Of a stretch of 64,000 bases of DNA, positions 25,328 to 36,346 are shown one piece after another. A model generated the notes under the pieces. It was not told the DNA's origin. It worked only from the letters and a program-made list of their open reading frames with translations, and searched no databases. Each line of letters opens with the position of its first letter. The stretch's first letter is position 1. Source of the stretch: Zancudomyces culisetae HAW-14-8 (lineage: Eukaryota > Fungi > Kickxellomycota); NCBI GenBank assembly GCA_052426225.1, contig JBNJNM010000013.1, positions 744,001 through 808,000 of the forward strand, written 5' to 3'. The position numbers were made by a program, and so were the translations under genes.

Positions 25328-25774
25328 CTAAAGACCTGATTTCTTTGAATACTCATTCCAGCTGTTTTCATATACAAGAACCCCGCTTGAGTAGCCTAGG
25401 CTTTGCATGGCATCGGCAGCCATGAGACACCGCTTGCCAGCGAGGCAGTACAAAACTACTGGGTGGTCCTGGTCATTCTTTTGAGGGCGCTTGAAGTTGT
25501 ATTTCTTCTCAAATTCATCATCATTCAGCTGAAGTGCTGCAGAGATTTCAGTGTGTGGGATGTTGTGTGCGCCTGGGATGTGACCTGAACCATACTCGCC
25601 TGGGTTTCTAACATCAATGATTGTGGCTCCTGGGAGCTTCTCCTTCTTTGAGATTTGACAAACCTCTTCGTATCCGATTGTAGTGTGACTCATGTTTGAT
25701 AACCTCTTCCCTTTATTCAAAACGTATAGTAGAGCAAGCGTTACTAGAAAATAAACAAAAAGGGAGTCTATCAT
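25328..25774 (-). CDS. Single-domain rhodanese/thiosulfate sulfurtransferase (Rdl1/Rdl2-like)
   Basis: IIDVRNPGEYGSGHIPGAHNIP, active-site loop YCLAGKR, YENSWNEY. An alternative in-frame ATG lies at 25693. Confidence 0.92.
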   Translation of the reverse strand: MIDSLFVYFLVTLALLYVLNKGKRLSNMSHTTIGYEEVCQISKKEKLPGATIIDVRNPGEYGSGHIPGAHNIPHTEISAALQLNDDEFEKKYNFKRPQKNDQDHPVVLYCLAGKRCLMAADAMQSLGYSSGVLVYENSWNEYSKKSGL

Positions 25775-25831
25775 CTTTTATAGTTTTTCTGCCAAATATT
25801 TTTGCGTTTTTCAAAAAGTTGAATTGTGGTA

Positions 25832-25873
25832 AAATCCTGAGATTAAATCCTGAGATTAAATCCTGAGATTAAA
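25832..25873. repeat. Perfect 13-bp tandem repeat (AAATCCTGAGATT)x3
   Basis: Read directly; ~60 bp upstream of the rhodanese ATG at 25774. Confidence 0.95.
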
Positions 25874-27653
25874 CAAACAGCCCTATTATAAGCTTTACAT
25901 TTTTTCCTCCCCTCTCAGAAATCTTAAACCAACAAAGGATTAAGCTCTTTTTTTTTTGCTTGAAATTGTTTTTCTTTGCGTGAGAAATAGCTGCATTTAG
26001 TATTACAAATCATTTTTATGTAGGCCTAAAATCAAGGCTCAACATTACTAATCAAATTAGGGTAAATTGAAAGCAGGACAGAAGAAATCACAAGGCATTA
26101 TCAATGCTGGTTTGAGTATCAAAATTAACTATTTGACAGGAATTCCAAGTCACTAGGTAGTGGGCCTGCATTTGGTTATTCCACTTTTTATAAAAGGAGA
26201 TTCAATGTGGCTGTATTTAACCACGCCGGAGTTGGTGTACAACCCAACAATACGCCCAAAAATGTCTTGTCAAAAAAAAGACAAACATATTAAGACCAAT
26301 GGTAACATTTCACTGAGCAAATAACGTGAGCAAAGAGTCAAACGACATTGCTGCTTACAACGCTTTTTTAAGATTTCCTCTCACCCCCCCCCCCCCCTCT
26401 TCTAAGATGTATTTGGGCATAATAAACGAGTGTATATAACATTAACCAAAAGTATATACAACTGAATAAGTTTAGTACTAATATTTTGAGACCATTTTTG
26501 ATGTGTAAGGTTAAAAGCTTGTTTTACTTTGATTTTCTTTAAACACACAAGAATGTTAGCGAGAAAGTGATAAAATTAATTGAAAATGGCTACAAATGAC
26601 TATATACATTACAAGAGGTGGAATACTTAAATAAAGCAATGTATGCAGTAGTGATTTTTTGCAAAGGTGCAAGTGAATAGTGAATAAGAAGGGAAGGATA
26701 CATAATTATACCAAGTCCAGTATGAGGATAAATTTATACCCTTTTATTGTATATCATTATCGAAATCCTTGTAAATTCTCAAACACTGTGTGCGCTTATT
26801 TACAACAAATTGATGTATAATTCGATTTTCTAAGTAAAACGTGACCCGGGGCCACGCTAACTTGATAAAAAAAATGATGAAAAGGTATAAACCTGATACC
26901 GTGAAGTCATCTTTTATATGTTTGCGCTGTACCCTTTTTTTTTGCAGTGAAAATACAGTAAATATAACCAACTAAAGATGCTTACGTTTAGCAAATAACC
27001 ATAAACCATAGACAAAAACCAGCTTTTGGTTTGGATATTACAAAAGCTATTAGATCTTTAATATATAATGTATAAACCGGATGTGCTTTGACAGTTCAAT
27101 TGGTCGTAAATAAGGAAACCGGAGAGATGATTTCAAGTATTTACCAATCAAAAGGAATGAGAAGGCAAAGTCACATAATTGGAGAAATAATAAGTGGAGG
27201 GAGGGGTTGGATCTGAAAAATAAATGCAATTTTAAAAAGGAAAAAAAATAAATGCAATTTCAAAAAAGAAAAAAAAGAAAAATGCAAAACATTAGATTTG
27301 TCAACCTCTTGAAACAAGGACTGCCATCATTTTTTCACCTGGAAGAGAACACATTTATTGTTTCGAAAATCCTTCGGAAAATACTTGTAGTTAAAATTAC
27401 CCATGCTTTTACCAAATAGAAATCAACATTCCATGAAAAAAAATTTTAAAGTTATTGATGCTATATAACATTAGCAAAAACCACCTTGACCTTTTCTTCT
27501 GTTCCTTAAAAACGAGGCACTGAGTTAAATAGATAAAAACTAATCGTAATAAACGAAAAGAATCTCCCTAACAACGAATTTACACCATCTTTACAAGTGG
27601 AAACATAATTTTTTTTGAAGTAAACAGAGCAAAACAGGTTCTATAGACGAGAT

Positions 27654-29822
27654 ATGTTCGAATACAGTACTGAAATAAAAAACATTCCAAAAAGCTGGAC
27701 CGTGGTTCATTCTGATAGTACAGATACAGGTGGTGAGCCAGTACGACGATTCTACCAGTCTCCAGAAGAGCTCGTATCTACAGAACTGGTCCTAGGCAAT
27801 AACAGAACGCTATATGATCTCTTTGAGTCTGCGAAAAAGGAGTATGGAGACATGTTGTTGTTTGGAAGACGTACCCTGTTGAATATCATAAAAGAGGAAA
27901 AAAAACTTCCAGGTCCAAATAATACAGAAAGAATTAAAACCTTTAGTTACAACACATACTCAGACTACAAGTGGATATCACAAGGACAAGTGTGGAAACA
28001 AACAGGGTATATCGGCAGAGGGCTTGCAGACAAAGACAGAGGAGCAGGGGTGGAAGAAAAGGATGTGCTTATGATTTTTGCGCCTACAAGTCAGGAGTGG
28101 ATGCTAATGGCAATGGCATGTGTCAGACAGAATATTGTAATAGCCACAGGTTATGAAACGCTGGGCGAAGAGATGTTGACATATTGTGCTACAACATCAA
28201 AATCAAAATCTATTTATTGCAGAATAGATTGGTTCCCAAAAGTAGTCAACCTTGCCTTGAAATCTCCAAATATAAAGAGTGTAATATATTTTGGAGATGA
28301 TGAGTATGAGAAACATGATACTGAATTGAGAGAGCAGATTGAACAGTCTATCCAAAAGATAAAAGATGCTGGACTAAAAGTCATTTCACTTAAGGAGCTT
28401 GAGGCAATAGGGAAGGATAAAAGTGGAGAAGATCCACAATCCCTAGATAGAAGGCCATCTCCGGACGATTTAGCAATGATAATGTATACATCGGGATCAA
28501 CAGGAGTTCCAAAAGGTGTATTAATGAAACACAAAAACTTTTGTGCGTTAGTGGGTGGAATTCAGAAGGCTTATTGGGGTTTATTTAATAAGGACGACGT
28601 GTTGCTGGGATATCTTCCTCTTGCACACATACTTGAATTTGCTGTAGAAATAACAGTTTTATCTCTTGGGATGAAAGTAGGGTATGGAACTCCAAGAAGT
28701 CTAGTTACGTCCTCAGTTAGAAACTGTCTTGGGGACTTACAGGCATTGAGACCAACGATAATGGCAGGAGTTCCTCAGGTATGGAATGGAATAGTTAAAG
28801 AGATAAAGAACCAATTGCAAAACAAGGGGAAGCTGACAAACTATCTGTTTGAAGCAGCGCTTAGTTCAAAGTGGGAAAAGTTCCAAAAAAATCCAATGTG
28901 TAGCAATAACTTATTTGAACGCATTATTTTTAGCAAAGCTAGAGATATTGTTGGTGGACAACTCAGATTGGCTCTGTCCGGAGGTGCGCCTATATCAAAT
29001 GAAGTTCAGAAGTTTATATCGTGCGTTTTGTTTACGCTGGTCCAGGGATATGGGATGACGGAAACATGTGGTGTGATATCCATACAAAGACCTGAAAACT
29101 TTGTGCTAGGAACTGCAGGAGTTTTGCTTCCAAGTTTGGAGGCAAAATTGGTTAGCGTCCCCGAACTTGGATACCATAGTGAGCAAGGGAAAGGTGAACT
29201 CTGGATTAGAGGTCCCTCAACATCTATTGGATATTTGCAACCCTCTGAATCTGACTCTGCGGTTGATAACATTGGGGCAGATCCTATACCCGATACATTC
29301 ACCGAGGATGGGTGGGTCAAAACAGGTGACATTTGTATGTGGGCAGAAGATGGTCAATTGAAAATAATAGACCGAAAAAAGAATGTGGTAAAAATGGAAA
29401 ATGGAGAATACATTGCATTGGAAAAACTGGAGTCGATATATTCTGTGTGCAAATACGCGACAGCTGTGTGCATAAACGCCAGATCTGACCAACAACAGCC
29501 TATTGCCATGATTTCAATTGATGACAAGCTCATGTCAAGGTTGGCACATGACGTGAACCCAAATCTTTCTCCTAAAAGTATTTCCAGGCATGAGTTTTTG
29601 GTTGACAATAATGCCATTGATATTGTGCAGAAAGAAATGCTAAAAATCGCAAAACAAAATAACTTGGCAAGAGCGGAGACCATTTGTAATGTTGTTATTG
29701 ATACAGAAGAATGGAGTGTTGAAAACCAAAAAATCACGGCTGCACACAAGTTACAGCGAAGAACAATCGAGAATTCGCTCAAGCAAAGGCTAGATGTGCT
29801 TTACAATAAGAAGAGTTCGTAA
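27654..29822 (+). CDS. Long-chain fatty acyl-CoA synthetase (Faa1/Faa4/Lcf1-like), 722 aa
   Basis: IMYTSGSTGVPKG, YLPLAHILE, QGYGMTET, DGWVKTGDI, IIDRKKNVVKMENGEYIALEKLE. Confidence 0.95.
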   Translation: MFEYSTEIKNIPKSWTVVHSDSTDTGGEPVRRFYQSPEELVSTELVLGNNRTLYDLFESAKKEYGDMLLFGRRTLLNIIKEEKKLPGPNNTERIKTFSYNTYSDYKWISQGQVWKQTGYIGRGLADKDRGAGVEEKDVLMIFAPTSQEWMLMAMACVRQNIVIATGYETLGEEMLTYCATTSKSKSIYCRIDWFPKVVNLALKSPNIKSVIYFGDDEYEKHDTELREQIEQSIQKIKDAGLKVISLKELEAIGKDKSGEDPQSLDRRPSPDDLAMIMYTSGSTGVPKGVLMKHKNFCALVGGIQKAYWGLFNKDDVLLGYLPLAHILEFAVEITVLSLGMKVGYGTPRSLVTSSVRNCLGDLQALRPTIMAGVPQVWNGIVKEIKNQLQNKGKLTNYLFEAALSSKWEKFQKNPMCSNNLFERIIFSKARDIVGGQLRLALSGGAPISNEVQKFISCVLFTLVQGYGMTETCGVISIQRPENFVLGTAGVLLPSLEAKLVSVPELGYHSEQGKGELWIRGPSTSIGYLQPSESDSAVDNIGADPIPDTFTEDGWVKTGDICMWAEDGQLKIIDRKKNVVKMENGEYIALEKLESIYSVCKYATAVCINARSDQQQPIAMISIDDKLMSRLAHDVNPNLSPKSISRHEFLVDNNAIDIVQKEMLKIAKQNNLARAETICNVVIDTEEWSVENQKITAAHKLQRRTIENSLKQRLDVLYNKKSS

Positions 29823-30069
29823 TTTTTTTTGTCGCCGATTTGATCTTGTCTAGTTCGATTTGATTACCTTTTATTAAATAATTTCATTGTTTTTTTCATT
29901 TGAAGACAACATTTTTCTAATAAACACGGGCCAGAGGTAGAGAGTGACAGTTATAATTATTGAAACCCATCAATACTAGTTTTTTTTTAATACGATATAT
30001 AAAGGGATAAGGATAATAGAAACATATGGCAACTACAAAGGTTAGTATAGAAAACTCAACTCTGAGAGT

Positions 30070-31272
30070 TTAAGCAAACAAACTAAGCAAGAAAACACAG
30101 GCTCCCATGAGAACCTTAGAGTTCAGTGCAGAAGCGAAACTAGCAGAGGAAGGTGATGAAGTGTCATCTGACTCGGAATCAGAGTCTGAGCCATCATCTG
30201 AGCCTGAAGCTGAATTTGAGCCTGAGCGTGAGCTGGATGAACCCGCAGAAGTGGAGCTGCTGGACTTGGTTGATTGGGTTGATTTGCTGCTAGAAGAGGA
30301 TGTAGACTTTGTGCTAGATGCACTGCTTCCTGGAATCGAGTATGTGTCATTGCCTCCATACAGACACTTGACGGTCACGCTTGAGACGTACATGGAATAG
30401 ACAGTGCTGCTAGTGTAGGGAGTGGGTGATCCAGCCCAGTTTGCGGTACCTTCTTGGCCAGTGTTACCACCATCCCAGATGGAGAATGAGAATCTGGCTT
30501 CTCTGTCAGGGAATTTAAACATTTTAGCACTGGCATCCCATGTGTCTGCTCTGTTCACAGTTCTAATAAGGGATCCGTCAAGAAGCCATTGGATACTATC
30601 CAAGTTCCACTGGATGGTATAGTCGTGGTAGTTGGAGGATGTATCGCTAACTGGCTTGCTCTCAACCATCTTTGTGTAGTCCAATTCGTCATCATAGTAG
30701 TAGTTTGTCTGGACAGTGTTCTTAGTCTTTCCGACCCATTCAAAATCTATTTCATCACCAAACTCGTTACGCAAAATCATTGAGGTGACAACACCCGGTG
30801 CTGCAGAGCCTGATTTGATACGTGCGGTAAAAGTACCGTGATCTACCCATCGTGTGAAGTATACTGTGCTGCCTTCACCAGGACCGGTAAGACTGCTTCC
30901 TGGCTTGAGTTGCATAACAAGGTTGTTTCCAGTGATGCTAGCATGGCTGGCATCACCTGTGGAGTACCATACTTGCTTGTTTGGATCGTTAAATTTAGAC
31001 AACTCTACAAGGTCGCTGGATGATGGGAAATTGTATCCGCTCATGTCTTTGCAGTGTGGCTTGGCCCAACATGAGTTTGGGGAGTATGAGTTTGCGGGTT
31101 CACAGTTGCCCAAGATACAAAACCCAGCGTTCGAGTTACAATATCCTTCAAAGCAACATGGTGAGTCCTTTGGACAGTTGGATTTTCCATCTCCATAGTT
31201 TTTGCAGGCACCGTATACGTTTTTCATATAAATAAAGGACAAAAGCCCTGTTGTCAATAACATCGACTTCAT
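30070..31272 (-). CDS. GH16 Crh2/Utr2-like chitin transglycosylase, GPI-anchored, 400 aa
   Basis: Signal peptide, Cys-rich chitin-binding-like module (CPKDSPCC..GYC), catalytic DEIDFEWVG, SIWDGG..GTANWAG, Ser-rich stalk and hydrophobic C-terminal GPI signal. Confidence 0.93.
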   Translation of the reverse strand: MKSMLLTTGLLSFIYMKNVYGACKNYGDGKSNCPKDSPCCFEGYCNSNAGFCILGNCEPANSYSPNSCWAKPHCKDMSGYNFPSSSDLVELSKFNDPNKQVWYSTGDASHASITGNNLVMQLKPGSSLTGPGEGSTVYFTRWVDHGTFTARIKSGSAAPGVVTSMILRNEFGDEIDFEWVGKTKNTVQTNYYYDDELDYTKMVESKPVSDTSSNYHDYTIQWNLDSIQWLLDGSLIRTVNRADTWDASAKMFKFPDREARFSFSIWDGGNTGQEGTANWAGSPTPYTSSTVYSMYVSSVTVKCLYGGNDTYSIPGSSASSTKSTSSSSSKSTQSTKSSSSTSAGSSSSRSGSNSASGSDDGSDSDSESDDTSSPSSASFASALNSKVLMGACVFLLSLFA

Positions 31273-32793
31273 TTTCGTAAGTTTTTGATAGTTTAGAGTT
31301 TAAAGTTATTAGGGAACAGTTCGTGCGTTAAAAAGAAATAATATTAACAAGAAGTGGTTTTTCAGAGGAAATTTCGTATATCTGTAAACTTGATTATTTC
31401 AGCAATCATTTATACAATTTATTTTACCCCCTAAGCGGGAAAAATGCGTCGGGTGATTGAGTAATTATTTAGTGGTAGGGTAGAAAAAAAAATTTTCCTT
31501 GAAAGAGATAAATCAACTGCGCGAATTCACAAACAGATGTAATTTACATAACCCGATATTAGCTAACATTTATTATTTTCTTTTCTTTTGCTAGATGTGC
31601 AAAATAAAAATGCAACTATGAGAAATAATAGATTGCTATTTCAGGTAGGGAGCTATGCTGTTGGCTTTTGTACAAAAACACAAGGCCAAGAGTATGAATG
31701 CTCCAATGGCTAGCAATTAATTGGTTTTTGCAAACAAGACTGTACAAGTCAAACTGTAGATTTCCGTTTATTAAACAACCAGTTTTTTTCAAAACAATGA
31801 TAAAAAGGCTGCTGATATTGTGTTGGGTGCTTGAGCTCACGACACTTATAGCCACCAATGGCACCATTGGTTTATGTGTTGATTGTTTATAATTTTGGCT
31901 ATGGCCAATAGCTTTAAATGATTTAATAACTGACATTTATCTAGCTTATTAAATCTCGTTTTGTAAACATAAAGTAATAAACGTTCCAAAATAATTCACA
32001 ACGTAATTTAAATTCTTATTTTCAGCGTATCTCCAATAGCAGTTATAGAAAATTACAGCATTCTGCTTCGACCTTAATGTGATATTTATACACCCAATCG
32101 TCATGTGGTTAATTATTTATAAATCTAGAAATTAAATTACCGCAAAAAAAATTAGCAAATAATCACAGAAAACTTAGATCCAGGAAATAAAATTGGAATA
32201 ATTAAAACTGTAAGTGTATGCTCAACAAACATGTCACATTGAGGCAACTGAACCTTCAGCTATTTCGGAAAAGCTTCAACAGTCAACAATAATCAATTAA
32301 TGCCATTCGTTTACCAATACTGAAATTTGATAGATTTTGATGATTCCCATTAAATCATTTTATTCTCGCTATTTAATACTCCAGAAAGACCTTTGTATTG
32401 TGTCATAGTATTAGTGGTAATTTTATAGGCCAATGCCAACTTCGAGTAATGGTGACTAAAATCCCTGATAAATAACTAAAAATAAAAAAAACGGGTACCA
32501 AGAACACCAAAAGTGTTTTTATTGTAACAAATTCCTGGCAGCAGTTAAATGGCTAAGGATGCTAGGAGCACTTTCCCACCTTTACGATAACGGATAAATA
32601 TATGCTGGTATTTTGGATTTCAGTTGTTGGAAGAAGGGATAGGGGTGAAGGGAGGCAAATGTTTTGACAGATATATTTAGTTGTAACTGGTAGTATAATG
32701 ATGGTGACCCAGTACCAAGTCAGTAACATAAGGATTATTTCTTTTCTATCAAAAGGGGTCACATCATATCTAGCTTTTTTCAGTTTTTGAGTT

Positions 32794-32826
32794 TTGGTAC
32801 TTGGTACTTGGTACTTGGTACTTGGT
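32794..32826. repeat. (TTGGTAC)x4.7 tandem repeat
   Basis: Read directly in intergenic DNA. Confidence 0.9.
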
Positions 32827-34242
32827 TTTTTGATTTAGTCTAAAGTGAAATGGGTTTGGTAAATAAATCTATTGGAGCGAAGGCTAATTAGATATATCAT
32901 TCTGTCCACCGAGTTGACAAAATCGTCTAAATTTATTCTAATTTAATTGATTAACAAATGATAAACATCAATACCACTATTAGAAATTGTAACACTCACA
33001 AAGTAACAGCTTTGATTTTCACCACATTTTGTCATATACTAAGCCCAACCATTAAATAATAAATATTAACAAAAACAGTATCATGGAAAAAAACAAACAC
33101 CGAAACTACGGTAAACTCTCTTTTTTGCAAGTACGAGTGAGGAGTGTTTGAGATATGCTAACTATGAGGTCAGCTTGAATTTACCAAATCCATTTTGATG
33201 GTGTGGTGTTAAGGAAAGAAAACCCGAATAGCAGATATGTTAAAAAAAGGCTGTTTCTTATATCTCCTAGATGGTTGCGTTACCACCATACCCGCTTGGT
33301 TTGGTGCTAGGAAGTATGCATCAAAGTGATTTTGCATTCCATTGTTGCTTGTAACTTCAAGCATATATGTATATATGATGAACGAATGGGAGTCAGAAAG
33401 AAGGTTTGGACTAAAACCAAAAAGGTCAAGCCAGCCGTGTTTTAGCAAGAACTTATTCGCCCTATTGCAAAGTAAAGTCGCTTTTCAGCCAGCCCCTTTG
33501 GTATTTTACTCTCTTTAAACTTTATAAATAAGATATACGGAGATAAGTTTATTAAAAAAAAATTTTTTTATTCTATTTTTGTCCATATACATGTATATTT
33601 ATATAACAAAGTTGAACATGGATAGGAATAGGTATAAAAAAAGGGTATACCACTAGAGCTAACCATTATATGAACTTTAAACTATCAATACTCAGTCTAT
33701 GGTACATACTTCATTGTGTTTTTTTTCAAATAATAAAATGTCAGTTATACTGCACAAATGCTGTTGGTGCTTTTGGACAGCTCTAACTGCTGTGTTTCGT
33801 TGAGTAGGTTATATGTACATAGCCAAAGACAAAGCCATCCACTACGATGGCGGAGTAAAAATTAACAAAGTGTTTTTAACAATTTAGCTGATTCCATTCC
33901 AACAAAGAAAAAAAAATGGTGAAATTCTTGAAAAACTATTTGTCAGATACTTATTGGATAGTCAAGAATGCCTGGTTAAGCCCCAGAAAGGTCGTAAATC
34001 TCCTTGCAATATTTACCAATTGCTACACTGAAAATAAGTGCAATAAAAAAAAGATGCTTGTCTTCATTGACGTGTAGAAATCAATGGGAGTTTTTGCAGC
34101 TAAAAATAAAGTGTTCATAACTAAAAGTACAAGCTTCAAAACGTCAATAAACACAAGGTTTGAGTTTAAATTTAAAAAATCTACTTTATCATCCTTTAAT
34201 CTCCAATCCAAAAACAAACTTAAAAAAGAGGACGAAATAAAT

Positions 34243-35865
34243 ATGAGAATAACGAGTTGGGGTAAACTAGCAATCTTTAGCTTTGTACAGCTATCGACAA
34301 AGGTGATGGGAAACCAAGATTTGTATTTGCCCAAGCTTTCCTTTGAATACCCATACCTAGGTACATTTACATTTACATTTACGCTTAGAATTGTCTTTGG
34401 TTTTATCTCATCTGCTGATAATATAGAGATGTTACTTTTAAAGATGGCGCATTGCCTAATTGTAAAAAAATTTAGACCCATCCACTCATAGTATTATTTA
34501 AATCGAACCACTAAATAGACGAAGGTTTTCACAATGAAAATTGGGATTACGGTGGTGATGCAGTAATAAGCAACAACAATGGAATATTCCTGACCCAGAA
34601 TCTTCCTTCGAGAAGAGGTTGGTTATGGAGTATTGAACATCTACCCAAAGAAAGCTGGGAAGTAAGTGTTGATTTTACAGTTGGACAAGGAAAACCAGGA
34701 TTGGTAGGAGATGGATTTGCCATTTGGGCCACAAAAGAGCGTGTCACATCGGGTAGGTTGCTCATTTACTAGCTTAACTATACTTTTTCTGACTAGTGGG
34801 TCAGAAATCCAGACATTTGAAACGCATTCTTTCAAAATACTTTAAATAGGTCCAGTTTTTGGAAACAGAGATTTCTTTACGGGTCTTGGGCTATTCTTTG
34901 ACACCTATGCCAATAGCAAAGAAAAGGTAAGTACATCAAAACACCGCAAAAACGTCACCATATCAATAATCTTTTAATAAAGCTAGAACTAATCCCTAAC
35001 GATTAAAAAAAAATAGTTGTCATTCCCAATTGTTGCTGGAATGATCGGTGATGGCAAAACTGGATATGATTTTTCCAGTGATGGTCTCAAACACAGTATA
35101 GGTCACTGTGATGTAAGTTTTGCTACATACACCTTGCTTTGCTTTTTTAAGAAAATTATACTTAATTTTGTGTAAACAATAGAAACTATTTTACCGCAAC
35201 CAGCCTACACCATCAACTGCCCGTATTACTTATATCCGTAGCAAACTTCTAAGGGTAAGCATTAAAGAAGTCAGCTTTTTACCATAATATATGCATGTAC
35301 AATAATAAAACTTGGATGTATATAATTGTGCGAGCTTAGGTCGAAATTAAAGTCGGAAACCAGGATTTCGTGAACTGCTTTTCTCAAAACAATGTAGAAC
35401 TTCCTGATGACATTTATTTAGGTCTTTCAGCATTAACAGGAGATCTCAGTGGTAAGGATACCTCTTACGCAATATTTGAAGTGTATTTTTAGGCGCTTTT
35501 CAAAGTCTTCTTTATTTACTATGGTCTTTTATTTTGTTTTAGATGCTCACATTGTTCACAGAGTTTCAACCAGTCGATTGGATGAGAAATCCACGGAAAC
35601 GCGCTACCTGAACCCAGTAAGTTTTTTCAACAAGTTTGGCTTATTTTATTTTATTTTATTTATTTCCTAACACAAGTGTTAAATACCAAAAAACCAACTT
35701 AATCACATTTGATTTTCAATTCTATAGAGCACCTCCTCGAACTTCCAGTCAACAAACAAATCCTTTTTCCCATCCTTGATAAAACTGGCCATTGTGGGTG
35801 GTGTACTTTTCGGAGCTTACAAAGGATATCAGATTTACACTGCCAAATCCAACAAACGATTTTAG
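34243..35865 (+). CDS. L-type (legume-like) lectin cargo receptor, VIP36/LMAN2/Emp47-like, ~8 exons
   Basis: Spliced translation: signal peptide, KLSFEYPYL|D..WDYGGDAVI..LTQNLPSRRGWLW..GDGFAIW..|GPVFGNRDFFTGLGLFFDTYAN..|FPIVAGMIGDG..YLGLSALTGDLS|DAH, then a TM helix and a C-terminal KSNKRF* tail. Confidence 0.92.
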
Positions 35866-36346
35866 CACACCTTTTCCCCCCGTTTCTTATACATCCATTC
35901 TCTATTTTTATCGAGTTTATACTTATATATATATTTTTTAACTTTTTTTGGGATTTAGCTTAATAAAAGTTGTTTTTTGTAATTTGTGATGGTTATATCA
36001 CTCTTTTGCTAAACCAACCTGCGCAAACACACCCTTTCGCGACTTTTATTTGGTGTGTATTATTCACGATTTCACCAAAACTTACAACTATACTAACCAA
36101 AGATCCAAAGGGATTTAATTGGTTCAAAAATGCGCAAAGAAATTGACAAGGAAAATATAGCTTTGACGATGTTAATTGGGGGGGTCAATGTGCTCAGATT
36201 TATATGCAAATAAAGTAGTTCAGTAAATAGTAAGAAGCTCTTCTCTTCTCTAAATCCGCATTTGGTTACCTATAATTTGTAATATTGTACAGGAGACTGC
36301 TCCCTCGGCTTGAAATCGGACAAAAGAACGACTTGATTACGAAAGC

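Noticed and set aside
25832-32826. Short tandem repeats considered as CRISPR-like or telomeric arrays
   Set aside because: No spacers, only 3-5 units, eukaryotic context and no TTAGGG-type motif.
33800-34030. Possible decayed retrotransposon integrase fragment (IPTK..KFL..RY..ECLV..GR)
   Set aside because: Needs several frame changes, and no DDE, RT or LTR evidence is nearby.
34084-34491. 135-aa ORF and its antisense 152-aa ORF as stand-alone genes
   Set aside because: The plus ORF is exon 1 of the lectin gene read through into flanking and intron sequence. The antisense ORF has no independent support.
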